A stretch of 64,000 bases of DNA from contig CAVOKF010000004.1 in assembly GCA_963696385.1 (NCBI GenBank), positions 352,001 through 416,000 of the forward strand, read 5' to 3'. This document shows positions 38,706 to 48,669 of this stretch, one piece after another. Both the position numbers and the translations under genes were made by a program. The DNA comes from an uncultured delta proteobacterium (GTDB taxonomy: Bacteria; Myxococcota_A; Polyangia; Polyangiales; Polyangiaceae). A model generated the notes under the pieces. That model was given only the letters and a program-made list of their open reading frames with translations. It searched no databases and was not told the origin of the DNA. Position 1 is the first letter of the stretch. Each line of letters begins with the position of its first letter.

Positions 38706-41031
38706 ATGAAACGCCGATGCACAGCGCTGACCGTGTTCGCGCTCGCGGGTGCCATCGCCCTGACGAGCGGCTGCACCCAATCGACCGAGGCGAGCGCCGT
38801 GGGAGTGCAGGCCATCCTGTTTATCCAGCGCCAGACCCTCGTGACGACGACCAATCCCGACGGCACGACGACCCAGACGTTCGACGTCGACACCGGCAAC
38901 ACTCAGGTGCTCGACTACACCCGTTACGAGCCCGGAGGCAGCTTGAACCTGCTCTCGCCGGCCCGCTCGGACGGCACGAAGACCAACCTGACCTCGGCGT
39001 TCACGACTGCCGATTTCAACGGAGCCGACGTCTCGTTCGACGGCACGCAGGCCGTCTTCTCGATGAAGACCAGCCCGACCGACAACTACCACATTTATAC
39101 GGTTGATCTCTCGCCAGGGGCGGATGGCAAATTTGGAAATGCACCAAAAGACCAATGGTGCCTGGAACGACGTGAGTCCCATCTACGTGCCCGGCGGTCT
39201 CATCGCATTCGTGACCGACCAAATGTACACGGCGATGGGAACCCGCCACGACGAGTACGAGCATGCGCGCGGTTCGCTGCAGCTGGCGACCATCAGCGTC
39301 GATGGCGGAGACGCGGATCGTCACCTGTTCACGCAAAATCTGTCCCACTCGGTCGCACCGTTTCTTCGCTACGACGGGAAAATTGGCTTTTCGCAGTGGG
39401 AGCATTTCGGCCCGGTCAACGACGTCAAGCTTCGCGCCGTCAACCCCGACGGTACGCAGGAGGTCGCCGTAGGCGGCCAGCACGACAACGGCGGCAACGA
39501 GACGAAGCCCTGCAACGCCCTGTTTACAGCACGAGAGCTTTCGCCCAACGTCATGATCGGCATCGGCACGGCACGCGACCGGACCATTCACGCCGGAGCG
39601 CTCGTTCAGATCGACTCGCGAAACCAGACCGATCCGGTATGCCTCGATGCCAACGCGTACACCAACGGCGGCACCGTCGGGCACGCGTGCCTCGACGAGG
39701 AGCACACGGCGTATTCGGTCTTGACCCCGGACGTGCCCCTTACCGCCGACCCTTCCGCGACCTCCGTGGGCCGGTACCGCGAGCCGAGCCTCTTGCCCGA
39801 TGGGCGCATCCTCGTTTCCTGGGCCGACGGCTCGGTCAACGATCAGAACGAGCTGTCGCTGACGCCGCCGGACTTCGGGATCTACCTGTTCGACCCGAGC
39901 ACCGGCAAGAACGAACTGGTCTACAACGAACGCACGACCTGGGAGCTCAATGCCCTCGCGGTCATGGCCCGCACCGAGCCGCCGGTCATTCCGAGCGCTC
40001 AGCATGTCCAAGACTCCACCATCGCGGCGCATTTCGGATCGGTCGATATTTCCCAGACGTCTCTCAACGAAACGGTGGACGGCGCGGAGTTCGCGAACGT
40101 TCCGCTCGGCCAGGCGCTGCACGAAGGTGCGGTCGCCGTGCGTGTCATCGAAGGCTTCTCGACGGAGTCTACGCCCGGCGTGTCGATGTTCGGATTGACG
40201 CTGTTCGAAGGTGCGGCCGTGCTCGGCGAGGCGCCGGTGTTCAACGACGGCAGCTGGCTCGCGGACGTGCCACCGTACTTGCCCATCCACCTGCAGCCCA
40301 TTGACGAGTACGGGCTCGCGATCCGCAATCAGCAGCTGTGGATCAAAGGCATGCCGGGCGAGACTCGCCGCTGCATTGGCTGTCACGAATCCCGCACGGA
40401 CCCGGGTGTGTTGGCACTCGGTCAGAACCCGACGGTCGCCGAGCAGCAAGGCGCTCAGCCGTTCACCGAAGCCATCGCGGACCGAACCGAGTTCCCATGG
40501 GACAAGAAGGTGCAGCCGATCCTCGACGCCAAATGCGTCAGCTGCCACAACTCGACCACGACCACGTATTACGATCTGACGCAAACCGACCCGGTGACCG
40601 GGCTATCGACGACCTATCAGATCCCGACCCTCGATCTGTCGAGCACACCCATCACGGTCTATTACGACGAGAGCGTGGCCACTTGGCCCGCGTCGTACGT
40701 GTCGATCTTCTATCCGGCGACGATTCAGATGGCGGGCGATTCCACCGGCCAGATCACGGCCGGCATTGTGCCGCCGATGTGGGGTGTGCCAGGAAGCGCG
40801 CGCGCATCCGTTCTCACGCAGACGCTCAACCTGCGCGCAGCCGACGGGACGACGGCCTGGCCGATTTCCACCCATCCACTGCACCCGGAAGACCAGGGGG
40901 TTCAGCTGACCGACGCCGAGCGAAAGACGATTGCGGTGTATCCGATGGACCTCGGCGGGCAATTCTACTCTCGTCAGAATACCAACTTCGTGCCGTTCAC
41001 GACCGGCGACCCGGTCACCCCGGCTCAGTGA
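38706..41031 (+). CDS. Lipoprotein with beta-propeller-like region, hydrazine-synthase-alpha-like middle domain and two CXXCH sites; +1 frameshift at about 39135
   Basis: Lipobox LTSGC; removing one G in TTTGGAA joins DGKF to EMHQKTNG (about 774 aa); VRVIEG...LGEAPV..DGSW...VP...PIDEYGLAI...GETRRCIGCHE; VQPILDAKCVSCH. Confidence 0.8.
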
Positions 41032-41045
41032 TTACCGAGGACGCC

Positions 41046-41993
41046 ATGAGATTGCGAAAGATGAAATGGCTCAGGCTCGCCTTCGGTTGCGCCTCTGTCT
41101 GGGCCGCGACCTTTGCTTCGATCGATGCCCGGAGCGATTCGCCGCCGGTGCAAGTGACGCCGAACGCGGACGCGGGCGGCTTCGCCTCGGTGTACGGGCA
41201 GATTCCGCCGAGTCAGGTCGAGTTCTTGTCGACGCCGGAGTCGATCAAGAACGCGGCCGCCACAGGGGGCCCGTCGTTGGTGTGGGAGGTGCTCGAGCAC
41301 GGCGAACGAGTCGAATGCCTCGACTGCATCCCGTTCGTCGCACCGCTGATCTACGCCTCGGACCCGCGGGTGCGCGAGATTGCGGCGTGGTGGTTGCGCC
41401 GCCGCGTCTTGGGCGTCTTCGGGCCCGGACAAGTCTACCAGCAAACGATCCAAACTCTGCAGAGCGACCCGGATCCCCTTCGCCGTTCGTACGCCGCAAC
41501 CGCGTTGGGCGAGTTCTTCGCGCCTCCCGGAGTTGCGGCGTGCGCGGCCGCCCTGAGCGACAGCAGCGCGATCGTTCGGGCCGCCGCCGCCAGCGCACTC
41601 GGCCGGCTCAACAGCGACGGAAACGGCGCGCTCTCCACCGCTCTGTCCGATTCCGACTCAGGGGTCAAGCTGGCCGCGTTGTCGGCGGCGGAACGCATCA
41701 ATTCCTTCGTCGCCATCGCCAACGTCGCTGCTCTGACGACCGACCCGTCGGCCGACGTCCGTCGGCGCGCCATCGAAGTGCTCGACACGCTGGACGCCGC
41801 CGATACCGTCGTGGCCGTCACGGCTGCGGCGCAGAACGATTCCGATGCGACCGTGAGAGCCGAGGCGTGTCATGCGCTCGGCACCTTCGGCGACCAAGCC
41901 CCGAGCGTGCTTTCGGTCCTCCAGCAGCTCGAGACCCAGGACCCGGACACGTTCGTGCGCGACGAGGCTCAAATCGCGCTGCTGAGGCTCTGA
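41046..41993 (+). CDS. Secreted HEAT-repeat protein with a CXXC motif
   Basis: Signal peptide; HGERVECLDC; repeated LxDxxxxVRxxAxxALG units. Confidence 0.85.
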   Translation: MRLRKMKWLRLAFGCASVWAATFASIDARSDSPPVQVTPNADAGGFASVYGQIPPSQVEFLSTPESIKNAAATGGPSLVWEVLEHGERVECLDCIPFVAPLIYASDPRVREIAAWWLRRRVLGVFGPGQVYQQTIQTLQSDPDPLRRSYAATALGEFFAPPGVAACAAALSDSSAIVRAAAASALGRLNSDGNGALSTALSDSDSGVKLAALSAAERINSFVAIANVAALTTDPSADVRRRAIEVLDTLDAADTVVAVTAAAQNDSDATVRAEACHALGTFGDQAPSVLSVLQQLETQDPDTFVRDEAQIALLRL

Positions 41994-42014
41994 CGGAGCG
42001 GCTACCATGATGCC

Positions 42015-45000
42015 ATGCGCCTTGCGAGCCTTGCCGGTGGCCTGATCGCTGCCGCCGTCGGTGCGTTCGCGGTGTCGTCGTGCACGACGCTCGAGCCGCA
42101 GCCGTCGACCTACTTCGACAGCACGATTGCTCCGGGCCTGCAGACCTCGTGTGTGCGGAGCAATACCGGCGCGGGGTGCCATGTCGCCGACGCCAAGGGC
42201 AATGCCTTCGGCAACCTCGACTTGACCAGCTTCGATGGCATCAACCGCAGGCGCGATCTGCTCATCGATTACGGGCCGTACCTGCAACCGGGCTTGCTCG
42301 TGAAGAACATCGGGCCGTTTCAGGTCACCGTCGCGCTCTGGGACGGCACGAAGGTTCTGGTCACCACCGACATCAAGCACGTCGGAGGCGCGGTCCTCGA
42401 TCCGACCGGGGGCGACTATCAGACGCTCCGAAGATGGATCGAAAACGGGGCGACGGTGAACAATACCGGAGTCCCTCCGTCCGACATTTCGACGACCCCC
42501 TGCACGGACGTCGTTCCGTCGGCAGCGGGGTTCGACCCGACGACGGACCCGGCCACCGCCGATTATCCCGTGTTCGTTCAAAGCGTCCAGCCGGTGCTCT
42601 GGAACCCGGCGTCCACTGACTCCTGCGCCTCGGGCAATTGCCACGGGACGATCGTCAATGCGCTGTACTTGACCTGTGGCACGAGCGCGGAAGAGGTTCG
42701 GTGGAACTACTTCGCGGCGGTGAACTACCTCGCGGCCACGGCCGAGGACAGCGAGATCGTGCGGCGTCCGTTGGCCAGTTCCCAGGGCGGCAGTTACCAC
42801 GAGGGCGGTCCGATCTTCGCGTCCGTCATGGACCCCAACTACCAGGCGCTCGTCAACTGGGCGCAAATGCACGGGCCCGTGCAGACCGGTCCGCTCGATC
42901 CGGCATTTCTTTTCTTTGCCCAGAAGGTGCAGCCTGTGCTCGCGAAGAAGGGCTGCATGATGGCGCAGTGCCATTCGGCGGCGATGTTTCACGACTTCCG
43001 ATTGCGTGGCGGATCCGCCGGCAGTTTCTCGCTCACGACGACGCAGAGAAACTACGCGTTCTCGGTGGGACAAATGTCGTTCGAGAGCGACGACGTCAAT
43101 GCCAGTCGTCTCGTGCGGAAAAACCTGTTCCGTCCCGATCTGCTCGACGGATCCACGGGCATCACGCATCGCGGAGGCCCGTTGTTCGAAGACTTCGGGT
43201 CGGTCGACAGCGACGCGTCGCCGGGCACGATCGAGGCCCCCGATCGCGGCGCGCTCTGCGACGGCCACATGCCCGCCTACGACTACGACAACGGCGACGT
43301 CGATGCGATTCCCGCGTATTGCGTCGTTCGCGAGTGGCATCGGCGTGAGCGTGTCGAGCGGGCACTCGCCGCGGTTTCGGCGGTCGTCTACGTGAGCCGG
43401 CCCATCCCGGCGGCGCCGGATCGGGCGCAGGACTTCGACGTATTTGCGGGCGGAGCCAGCCTCCATATCGCGGCGGCGACGTTCCAAGCGTCCGGATTGC
43501 AGATCGGGACCGACCAGGCCGTCGACCTTTCGACCTGCGGCTTGGGCACTTCGCCGGACGTTCGCCGGCCCGCGGTCTCGTGGGATGGTGCGACGATCGC
43601 CTTCGCGGCTCGCGCGACGGCGAGCGATCCTCTGGCGATCTACACGATGAACGCCGACGGCACGGGCTGCGCGGAGCAGCCGGACATCTCGGCGATGCAC
43701 GACGCCTCCCTGACGAGCGTTCCGAACGGCGACAGCATCCTCGTGCACGATTTCGATCCGGCTTTCAGCCCGCCAGGGCCGGACGGCGTGCAGCGCATCG
43801 TCTTCGCATCGACGCGCGGCAACCTCGATTCGAACGGTATCGCGACCACTATCCCGGCGTTCGACTACTCCGGCCCACAGCGCACGCCGTCCGACCCCAC
43901 CAAGCCGAATGCGAACCTCTACGTGCTCGAGCCCGATCCCAGCGGATCGGGGACGCTGCGTGTCCGTCAATTGACCTGGCAGCTCGACATGGAGCGCTTT
44001 CCGAGCTTCATGGATGACGGGCGACTGGTTTTCACCGTCGAAAAGCGCGAGCCCGGGTTTTATCAGTTGGCGCTCCGCCGACAGAATCTCGACGGCGGCG
44101 ATTACCATCCGCTGTTCGCTCAGCGTGGAAGCATCGGCTACGCCCAAGCGACGAGTGTCGTGCAGTTGTCGGACAAGAATTTCGCCGCCATTTTCAGCGA
44201 CGTCACGGCGCAACACGGCGCGGGTGCGGTCGCCGTGTTCAATCGCTCGATCGGCCTCGACTTCACCAGCCCGAATGCGAGCGACTATCCAGTCGACCCG
44301 ACCGTCATCGTGCCCTCCTCGGCCTCCGCTCCCGAGGCCGATTTCTTCCTGCACTCGCTGAGCCCGCCGTTCGTGGACGGATCGTACTCGAGCCCTTCGG
44401 CCCTGCCGGACGGCCAAATGCTCGTCAGTTACGGCGCCGGCGATCCGGCCACCTTCGGGGGCGACTACGACGTGTACGTGATGGACCCCGCGACAGGCCA
44501 GAAGGCGAAACTGCTCGGGACCGCCGGCACGGCCGAGGTCGATGCCGTGGCCGTATACCCTCGGGTTTCGAAAGGCATTTTCGCTTCGAGGCCGGACGAG
44601 CCGAACGGCAACACGTCCGTGCAAGTCGGTCAGACCACGGCGGACGTGACGGTCTTGAACATGCCGGTCCTCGCGTCGCTCCTTTTCCAAAACACGCCTA
44701 CCGGCCGCTTGGTCGAGGCGGACCTCAAGAGCTTCGACGTCTGGGAGGAACTTCCACCGGACGTCATGAGCTTTCCGGCATGTGGGGACAACAACACGGT
44801 ATGTGACTCATTGGGGCCGTCCGGCATGGTTTACGTACGGCGCAGACTTGTCGGAACGGTGCCGCTCTTCGCCGACGGATCAGCCCATTTCCTGATCCCC
44901 GGAGGACTACCCATTCTGCTGCACCTTCCGGCCGATTCGGAGTCGGCCCGCATGAACCTGCCGCGCTGGCAGCGTGAGACGATGACGTTCGTGCCCGGCG

Positions 45001-45212
45001 AGAACGCGCGGCAGTCGTTCTCCACGACATTTTTCGACAATCTCTGCGCCGGCTGTCACGGCGCCATCAGCGGTCGTCCGGTCGACGCAGCGCTCAATCC
45101 CGATTTTCTCACGCAGGCCTCTCAGGTGCAGTCCGTCGGAAGTCCCGCCACGGACTGTTCGGGGCCTCCGGGATCGCGAGGACCGGTGCAGGGCCCGCCG
45201 TCGTCGCCGTGA
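42015..45212 (+). CDS. Large multiheme lipoprotein: three cytochrome-c-like repeats, TolB-like propeller, HZS-alpha-like domain
   Basis: Lipobox AVSSC; CVRSNTGAGCH, CASGNCH, CMMAQCH; PAVSWDG/DPAFSP/PSFMDDG propeller blades; LVGTVPLFADGSAHFLIP...CAGCH. Confidence 0.8.
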   Translation: MRLASLAGGLIAAAVGAFAVSSCTTLEPQPSTYFDSTIAPGLQTSCVRSNTGAGCHVADAKGNAFGNLDLTSFDGINRRRDLLIDYGPYLQPGLLVKNIGPFQVTVALWDGTKVLVTTDIKHVGGAVLDPTGGDYQTLRRWIENGATVNNTGVPPSDISTTPCTDVVPSAAGFDPTTDPATADYPVFVQSVQPVLWNPASTDSCASGNCHGTIVNALYLTCGTSAEEVRWNYFAAVNYLAATAEDSEIVRRPLASSQGGSYHEGGPIFASVMDPNYQALVNWAQMHGPVQTGPLDPAFLFFAQKVQPVLAKKGCMMAQCHSAAMFHDFRLRGGSAGSFSLTTTQRNYAFSVGQMSFESDDVNASRLVRKNLFRPDLLDGSTGITHRGGPLFEDFGSVDSDASPGTIEAPDRGALCDGHMPAYDYDNGDVDAIPAYCVVREWHRRERVERALAAVSAVVYVSRPIPAAPDRAQDFDVFAGGASLHIAAATFQASGLQIGTDQAVDLSTCGLGTSPDVRRPAVSWDGATIAFAARATASDPLAIYTMNADGTGCAEQPDISAMHDASLTSVPNGDSILVHDFDPAFSPPGPDGVQRIVFASTRGNLDSNGIATTIPAFDYSGPQRTPSDPTKPNANLYVLEPDPSGSGTLRVRQLTWQLDMERFPSFMDDGRLVFTVEKREPGFYQLALRRQNLDGGDYHPLFAQRGSIGYAQATSVVQLSDKNFAAIFSDVTAQHGAGAVAVFNRSIGLDFTSPNASDYPVDPTVIVPSSASAPEADFFLHSLSPPFVDGSYSSPSALPDGQMLVSYGAGDPATFGGDYDVYVMDPATGQKAKLLGTAGTAEVDAVAVYPRVSKGIFASRPDEPNGNTSVQVGQTTADVTVLNMPVLASLLFQNTPTGRLVEADLKSFDVWEELPPDVMSFPACGDNNTVCDSLGPSGMVYVRRRLVGTVPLFADGSAHFLIPGGLPILLHLPADSESARMNLPRWQRETMTFVPGENARQSFSTTFFDNLCAGCHGAISGRPVDAALNPDFLTQASQVQSVGSPATDCSGPPGSRGPVQGPPSSP

Positions 45213-45260
45213 GGGCTCACGCGGAGCGTGACGCGGGGGCGATTTTGCGTAAATAGCGGC

Positions 45261-47390
45261 ATGCGCCTTTCGCGGAGTGGACTCGCCGCCCTACTGCCGT
45301 CCGCCGTCGCCTTCGCCGCATGCGGCTCGGGGGCCCTGCCCCCCCCCCGGGGACCCGTAACCGTCGCCCCTAGCGCTGCCCCGTCCGCTGCGTCGGGCGC
45401 GGCCGATGCCGGTGCCCCGGTGCGGCTGAGGGGACCCGACGAATCCGCGCTCGATAGAACGGCGCAGCCGTGCGACGACTTTTACGAGTTCGCTTGCGGC
45501 GGCTGGATGAAGTCGACGCCCATCCCGGAGGACGAAGCGAGCTGGGTGCGCAGTTTCAGCGTCATTCACGACGAAAACATCAAGGCCCTGCGAGACATCC
45601 TCGAACGGGACGCCCGCGGTGACGTGCGCGGAGATGCGTACGGCAAGCAGCTCGGCGACCTCTGGTCGTCGTGCATGGACGAAGCCAGCGTAGAGCGCAA
45701 AGGTCTCGACGAACTGCGACCGGAGCTCGATGCGATCGATCGGGTCCGGGACGCTCGGTCGCTCATCGAGGAGCTCGCCCGACTTCACTCGATAGGGGTC
45801 GGCGCCGCGTTCGGTTTCGACAGCGAGATCGACTTCAAGGACGCATCGCGCATGATCGCGGGTGTCTCACAGGGCGGTCTCGGACTCCCGGAGCGCGATT
45901 ACTACTTTCGGACCGACCCGCGCACGAAGGCCATACGGAACGAGTATTCGGGGCACGTGGCGCGCACGTTCGAGCTGGTCGGTGAAACTCCGGCGGCGGC
46001 GCAAGCCGACGCGGCGGCCGTCATGAGGATCGAGACGCGGCTCGCCCACGCGTCGATGACGAACACCGACCTGAGAGACCCGCAAAAGGTGTATCACCTG
46101 CTCAACCTCGAGGGTCTGAAGAAGATCGCTCCGGACGTCTCGTGGGATGTCTACCTCGATTCGCTGGGATTCCCGAGCATCGTGTCGATCAACGTCGCCG
46201 AGCCGGACTTCGTGAAAGAGTTCGACGCGATGGCCAAGTCCACCGACTTGGGCGAGTGGCGAGCCTATCTTCGCTGGCACCTCGCGGCCTCGGCGTCGCC
46301 GTGGCTGTCGGAGCGTTTCGTCGCCGAATGGTTTCACTTTCGTCAAGTGCTGACCGGAACGAAGGTGCTGCAGCCCCGGTGGAAGCGCTGCGTACGGTTC
46401 GCGGATCAATGGATGGGCGAGGCGCTCGCGCAACCGTTCGTTCGAGAGACGCTGGGCGAGGACGGAAAGCGAACGGCCGAGCAGATGGTGGCCGGCATCG
46501 AAGAGTCGATGAAGGGCGACATCGAGTCGCTGTCGTGGATGGATGACGCGACCCGCCTCAAAGCGGAAACCAAGCTCGCGAAGATCACCAACAAGATCGG
46601 TTTTCCCGCGAAGTGGCGCAGCTACGACGGGCTCGCGATCGATCGGTCGTCGTTCGTGCAGAATGCCGAGCGTGCGACACAGTTCGAAGTGCGACGCCAG
46701 CTCGCGAAAGTGGGCAAACCCGTCGACAAGGACGAGTGGGAAATGACTCCGCCGACGGTCAATGCGTATTACGAACCGACGATGAACGAAATGGTGTTCC
46801 CGGCGGGCATTCTTCAGGCCCCATTTTACAGCAACACTCAGGCCGCGCCGTTGAACTTCGGCGCGATCGGGATGGTGGTCGGCCACGAGCTCACGCACGG
46901 ATTCGACGACGAAGGACGCCAGTTCGACGCGGAGGGCAACTTGCGCGATTGGTGGTCGCCGGCCGTCGCCGCCGAATTCGACAAGCGCGCGAAGTGCGTC
47001 GAAAGGCAATTCGACGAATACGTCCCGATCGATGACGCGCACATCAAAGGAAAGTTGACCCTCGGCGAGAACATCGCCGATCTTGGGGGCGTGAAGCTAT
47101 CGTTTGCCACGTTCGAGCGCGCCGAAAAGACCCATCCGACCGCGACCGTCCCAGGCGGGTTCACGCCCGAGCAGCAGTTCTTTCTCGGCTTCGCGCAGTC
47201 GTGGTGCGCAAATTATCGCCCCGAGTCACTGCGTCTGCTCGTGGCCACCAACCCCCACTCGCCGCCCAAGTTTCGGGTGAACGGTCCGCTCTCGAACGTC
47301 GGCGAATTCGCGGCGGCATTTCAGTGCAAGGAGGGATCGCCGATGGTCCGAGGCGGGCACGACCCGGGACCACGCTGCGAAGTGTGGTGA
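45261..47390 (+). CDS. M13 family (neprilysin-like) metallopeptidase lipoprotein
   Basis: Lipobox FAAC; PCDDFYEFACGGW, VNAYY, GHELTHGFDD, GENIAD, HSP, terminal CEVW. Confidence 0.96.
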   Translation: MRLSRSGLAALLPSAVAFAACGSGALPPPRGPVTVAPSAAPSAASGAADAGAPVRLRGPDESALDRTAQPCDDFYEFACGGWMKSTPIPEDEASWVRSFSVIHDENIKALRDILERDARGDVRGDAYGKQLGDLWSSCMDEASVERKGLDELRPELDAIDRVRDARSLIEELARLHSIGVGAAFGFDSEIDFKDASRMIAGVSQGGLGLPERDYYFRTDPRTKAIRNEYSGHVARTFELVGETPAAAQADAAAVMRIETRLAHASMTNTDLRDPQKVYHLLNLEGLKKIAPDVSWDVYLDSLGFPSIVSINVAEPDFVKEFDAMAKSTDLGEWRAYLRWHLAASASPWLSERFVAEWFHFRQVLTGTKVLQPRWKRCVRFADQWMGEALAQPFVRETLGEDGKRTAEQMVAGIEESMKGDIESLSWMDDATRLKAETKLAKITNKIGFPAKWRSYDGLAIDRSSFVQNAERATQFEVRRQLAKVGKPVDKDEWEMTPPTVNAYYEPTMNEMVFPAGILQAPFYSNTQAAPLNFGAIGMVVGHELTHGFDDEGRQFDAEGNLRDWWSPAVAAEFDKRAKCVERQFDEYVPIDDAHIKGKLTLGENIADLGGVKLSFATFERAEKTHPTATVPGGFTPEQQFFLGFAQSWCANYRPESLRLLVATNPHSPPKFRVNGPLSNVGEFAAAFQCKEGSPMVRGGHDPGPRCEVW

Positions 47391-47404
47391 TCCGCCTCGC
47401 GCTC

Positions 47405-47571
47405 AGTACAGCGCCCCGCTAAACGGTACCCAGTTACGCTGGGTACGCCTGCGTTGCAGGCTGGCGCTGCACTATAAGACGGTTTCCTTGGGCTTCGCCC
47501 CAAACCGCCAATCGCCTCCCGGCGATTGAAGTACACCGCCCGGCGGATCCCTGCGTTCTGGGGCGGTCTAC
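47405..47571. repeat. Multi-hairpin palindromic intergenic element (MITE/REP-like or structured RNA)
   Basis: Six inverted-repeat pairs, e.g. AGTACAGCGCC/GGCGCTGCACT, GTACCCAG/CTGGGTAC, CAATCGCC/GGCGATTG, GTACACCGCCC/GGGCGGTCTAC. Confidence 0.65.
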
Positions 47572-48669
47572 TCAGCCGTGGCCGCCGACGACGAGTTCGT
47601 CGGCGTGTACGACCACGGCGAGTTCGGCGAGGGGATCCGAGAGATCCTCGCGCGCCTTGCCGGCGACTCGCGCCGCGTCGGCCGCACCGCAGCGCGCCAG
47701 GCCTCGGCCGATTTCGCGTCCGTCGGCGTCAATGAGACGGACGGCGTCGCCGGCACGAAAATCGCCTCGAATCCCCAGCACGCCGATCGACAGCACACTT
47801 CGGCCTTTCGTCAAAAGGGCCAGCGAGGCTCCACGGTCGAGAACGATGTCGCCGCGCGGCCGGAGGGTGAACGCGATCCAAGTTTTTTTCGCGCTGAGCC
47901 GCTCGGCCGAAGCCACGAAGAGGGTCCCGACGTCTTCTCCGGCGAGCAAAGCGTCGAGCGCCCTCGCGTTGCGCGCGTCGGCGACCACGACGTTGGCTCC
48001 CGCCAGGGTGGCGCGCCGCGCCGCCTCGACCTTGCTGGCCATGCCGCCGCTGCCCACCTGGCTCGTCGACTTGCGAACGTGAGGGACCGCCTCGCTCGCT
48101 ACGTTTCGTACGACCGGAACGCGCCGACCTTCGGCGTCGAGCAATCCCTCGACGTCGCTCAAGAGCACGACGAGCTCCGCATCGACCAGGGGCGCCACCA
48201 TCGCCGCGAGCTGATCGTTGTCCAATTTGATCTCGTCGACGGCCACCGAGTCGTTTTCGTTGAGAATCGGGACTGCGCCGGCCTCGAGGAGCGCGCCGAG
48301 GGCCGCGCGCGCGTTGTTGCTGCGGGTTCGATCCGCGAGGTCTGCGTAGGTCAAGAGAACCTGCGCGACGGCAAGCCCGCGCGCGGCAAACGCATCCCCA
48401 TAGGCCTGCATGAGCAGAGATTGCCCAGCGGCCGCGGCCGCTTGCAGGCGGGCGATCTCCTTCGGCCGCGCGCGGTATCCGAGCTTGCGGATGCCGAGGG
48501 CGATGGCACCGCTCGAGACGATGACGAATGACGCGTGCGGATGTGCGGCGCACGTCACGGCCAGGCGCTCGAAGACGGAGGCCCCCTCGGCGGCCAAGGC
48601 CCGAGATCCGATCTTGACGACGATACGCCGTGCGCGCGCGACCGCAGCACGCGCGTCACTCGATTCCAC
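47572..48669 (-). CDS. proB: Glutamate 5-kinase with PUA domain
   Basis: VVKIGS, VSSGAI, AAAGQ, NENDSV, DND, GSGGMASK; C-terminal PUA domain. Confidence 0.95.
   Translation of the reverse strand: MESSDARAAVARARRIVVKIGSRALAAEGASVFERLAVTCAAHPHASFVIVSSGAIALGIRKLGYRARPKEIARLQAAAAAGQSLLMQAYGDAFAARGLAVAQVLLTYADLADRTRSNNARAALGALLEAGAVPILNENDSVAVDEIKLDNDQLAAMVAPLVDAELVVLLSDVEGLLDAEGRRVPVVRNVASEAVPHVRKSTSQVGSGGMASKVEAARRATLAGANVVVADARNARALDALLAGEDVGTLFVASAERLSAKKTWIAFTLRPRGDIVLDRGASLALLTKGRSVLSIGVLGIRGDFRAGDAVRLIDADGREIGRGLARCGAADAARVAGKAREDLSDPLAELAVVVHADELVVGGHG

Noticed and set aside
41658..44690. 1010-aa minus-strand ORF and other long antisense ORFs (e.g. 56206-59205 +, 29189-31105 -, 34726-36435 -)
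   Set aside because: Shadow frames of genuine GC-rich genes on the opposite strand; Arg/Val/Gly-rich with no recognisable motifs
38706..45212. Interpreting the HZS-alpha-like genes as anammox hydrazine synthase
   Set aside because: No hzsB/hzsC-like or HAO-like genes in the window, both proteins are lipoproteins with different architecture, and the context looks myxobacterial; only a shared domain is supported
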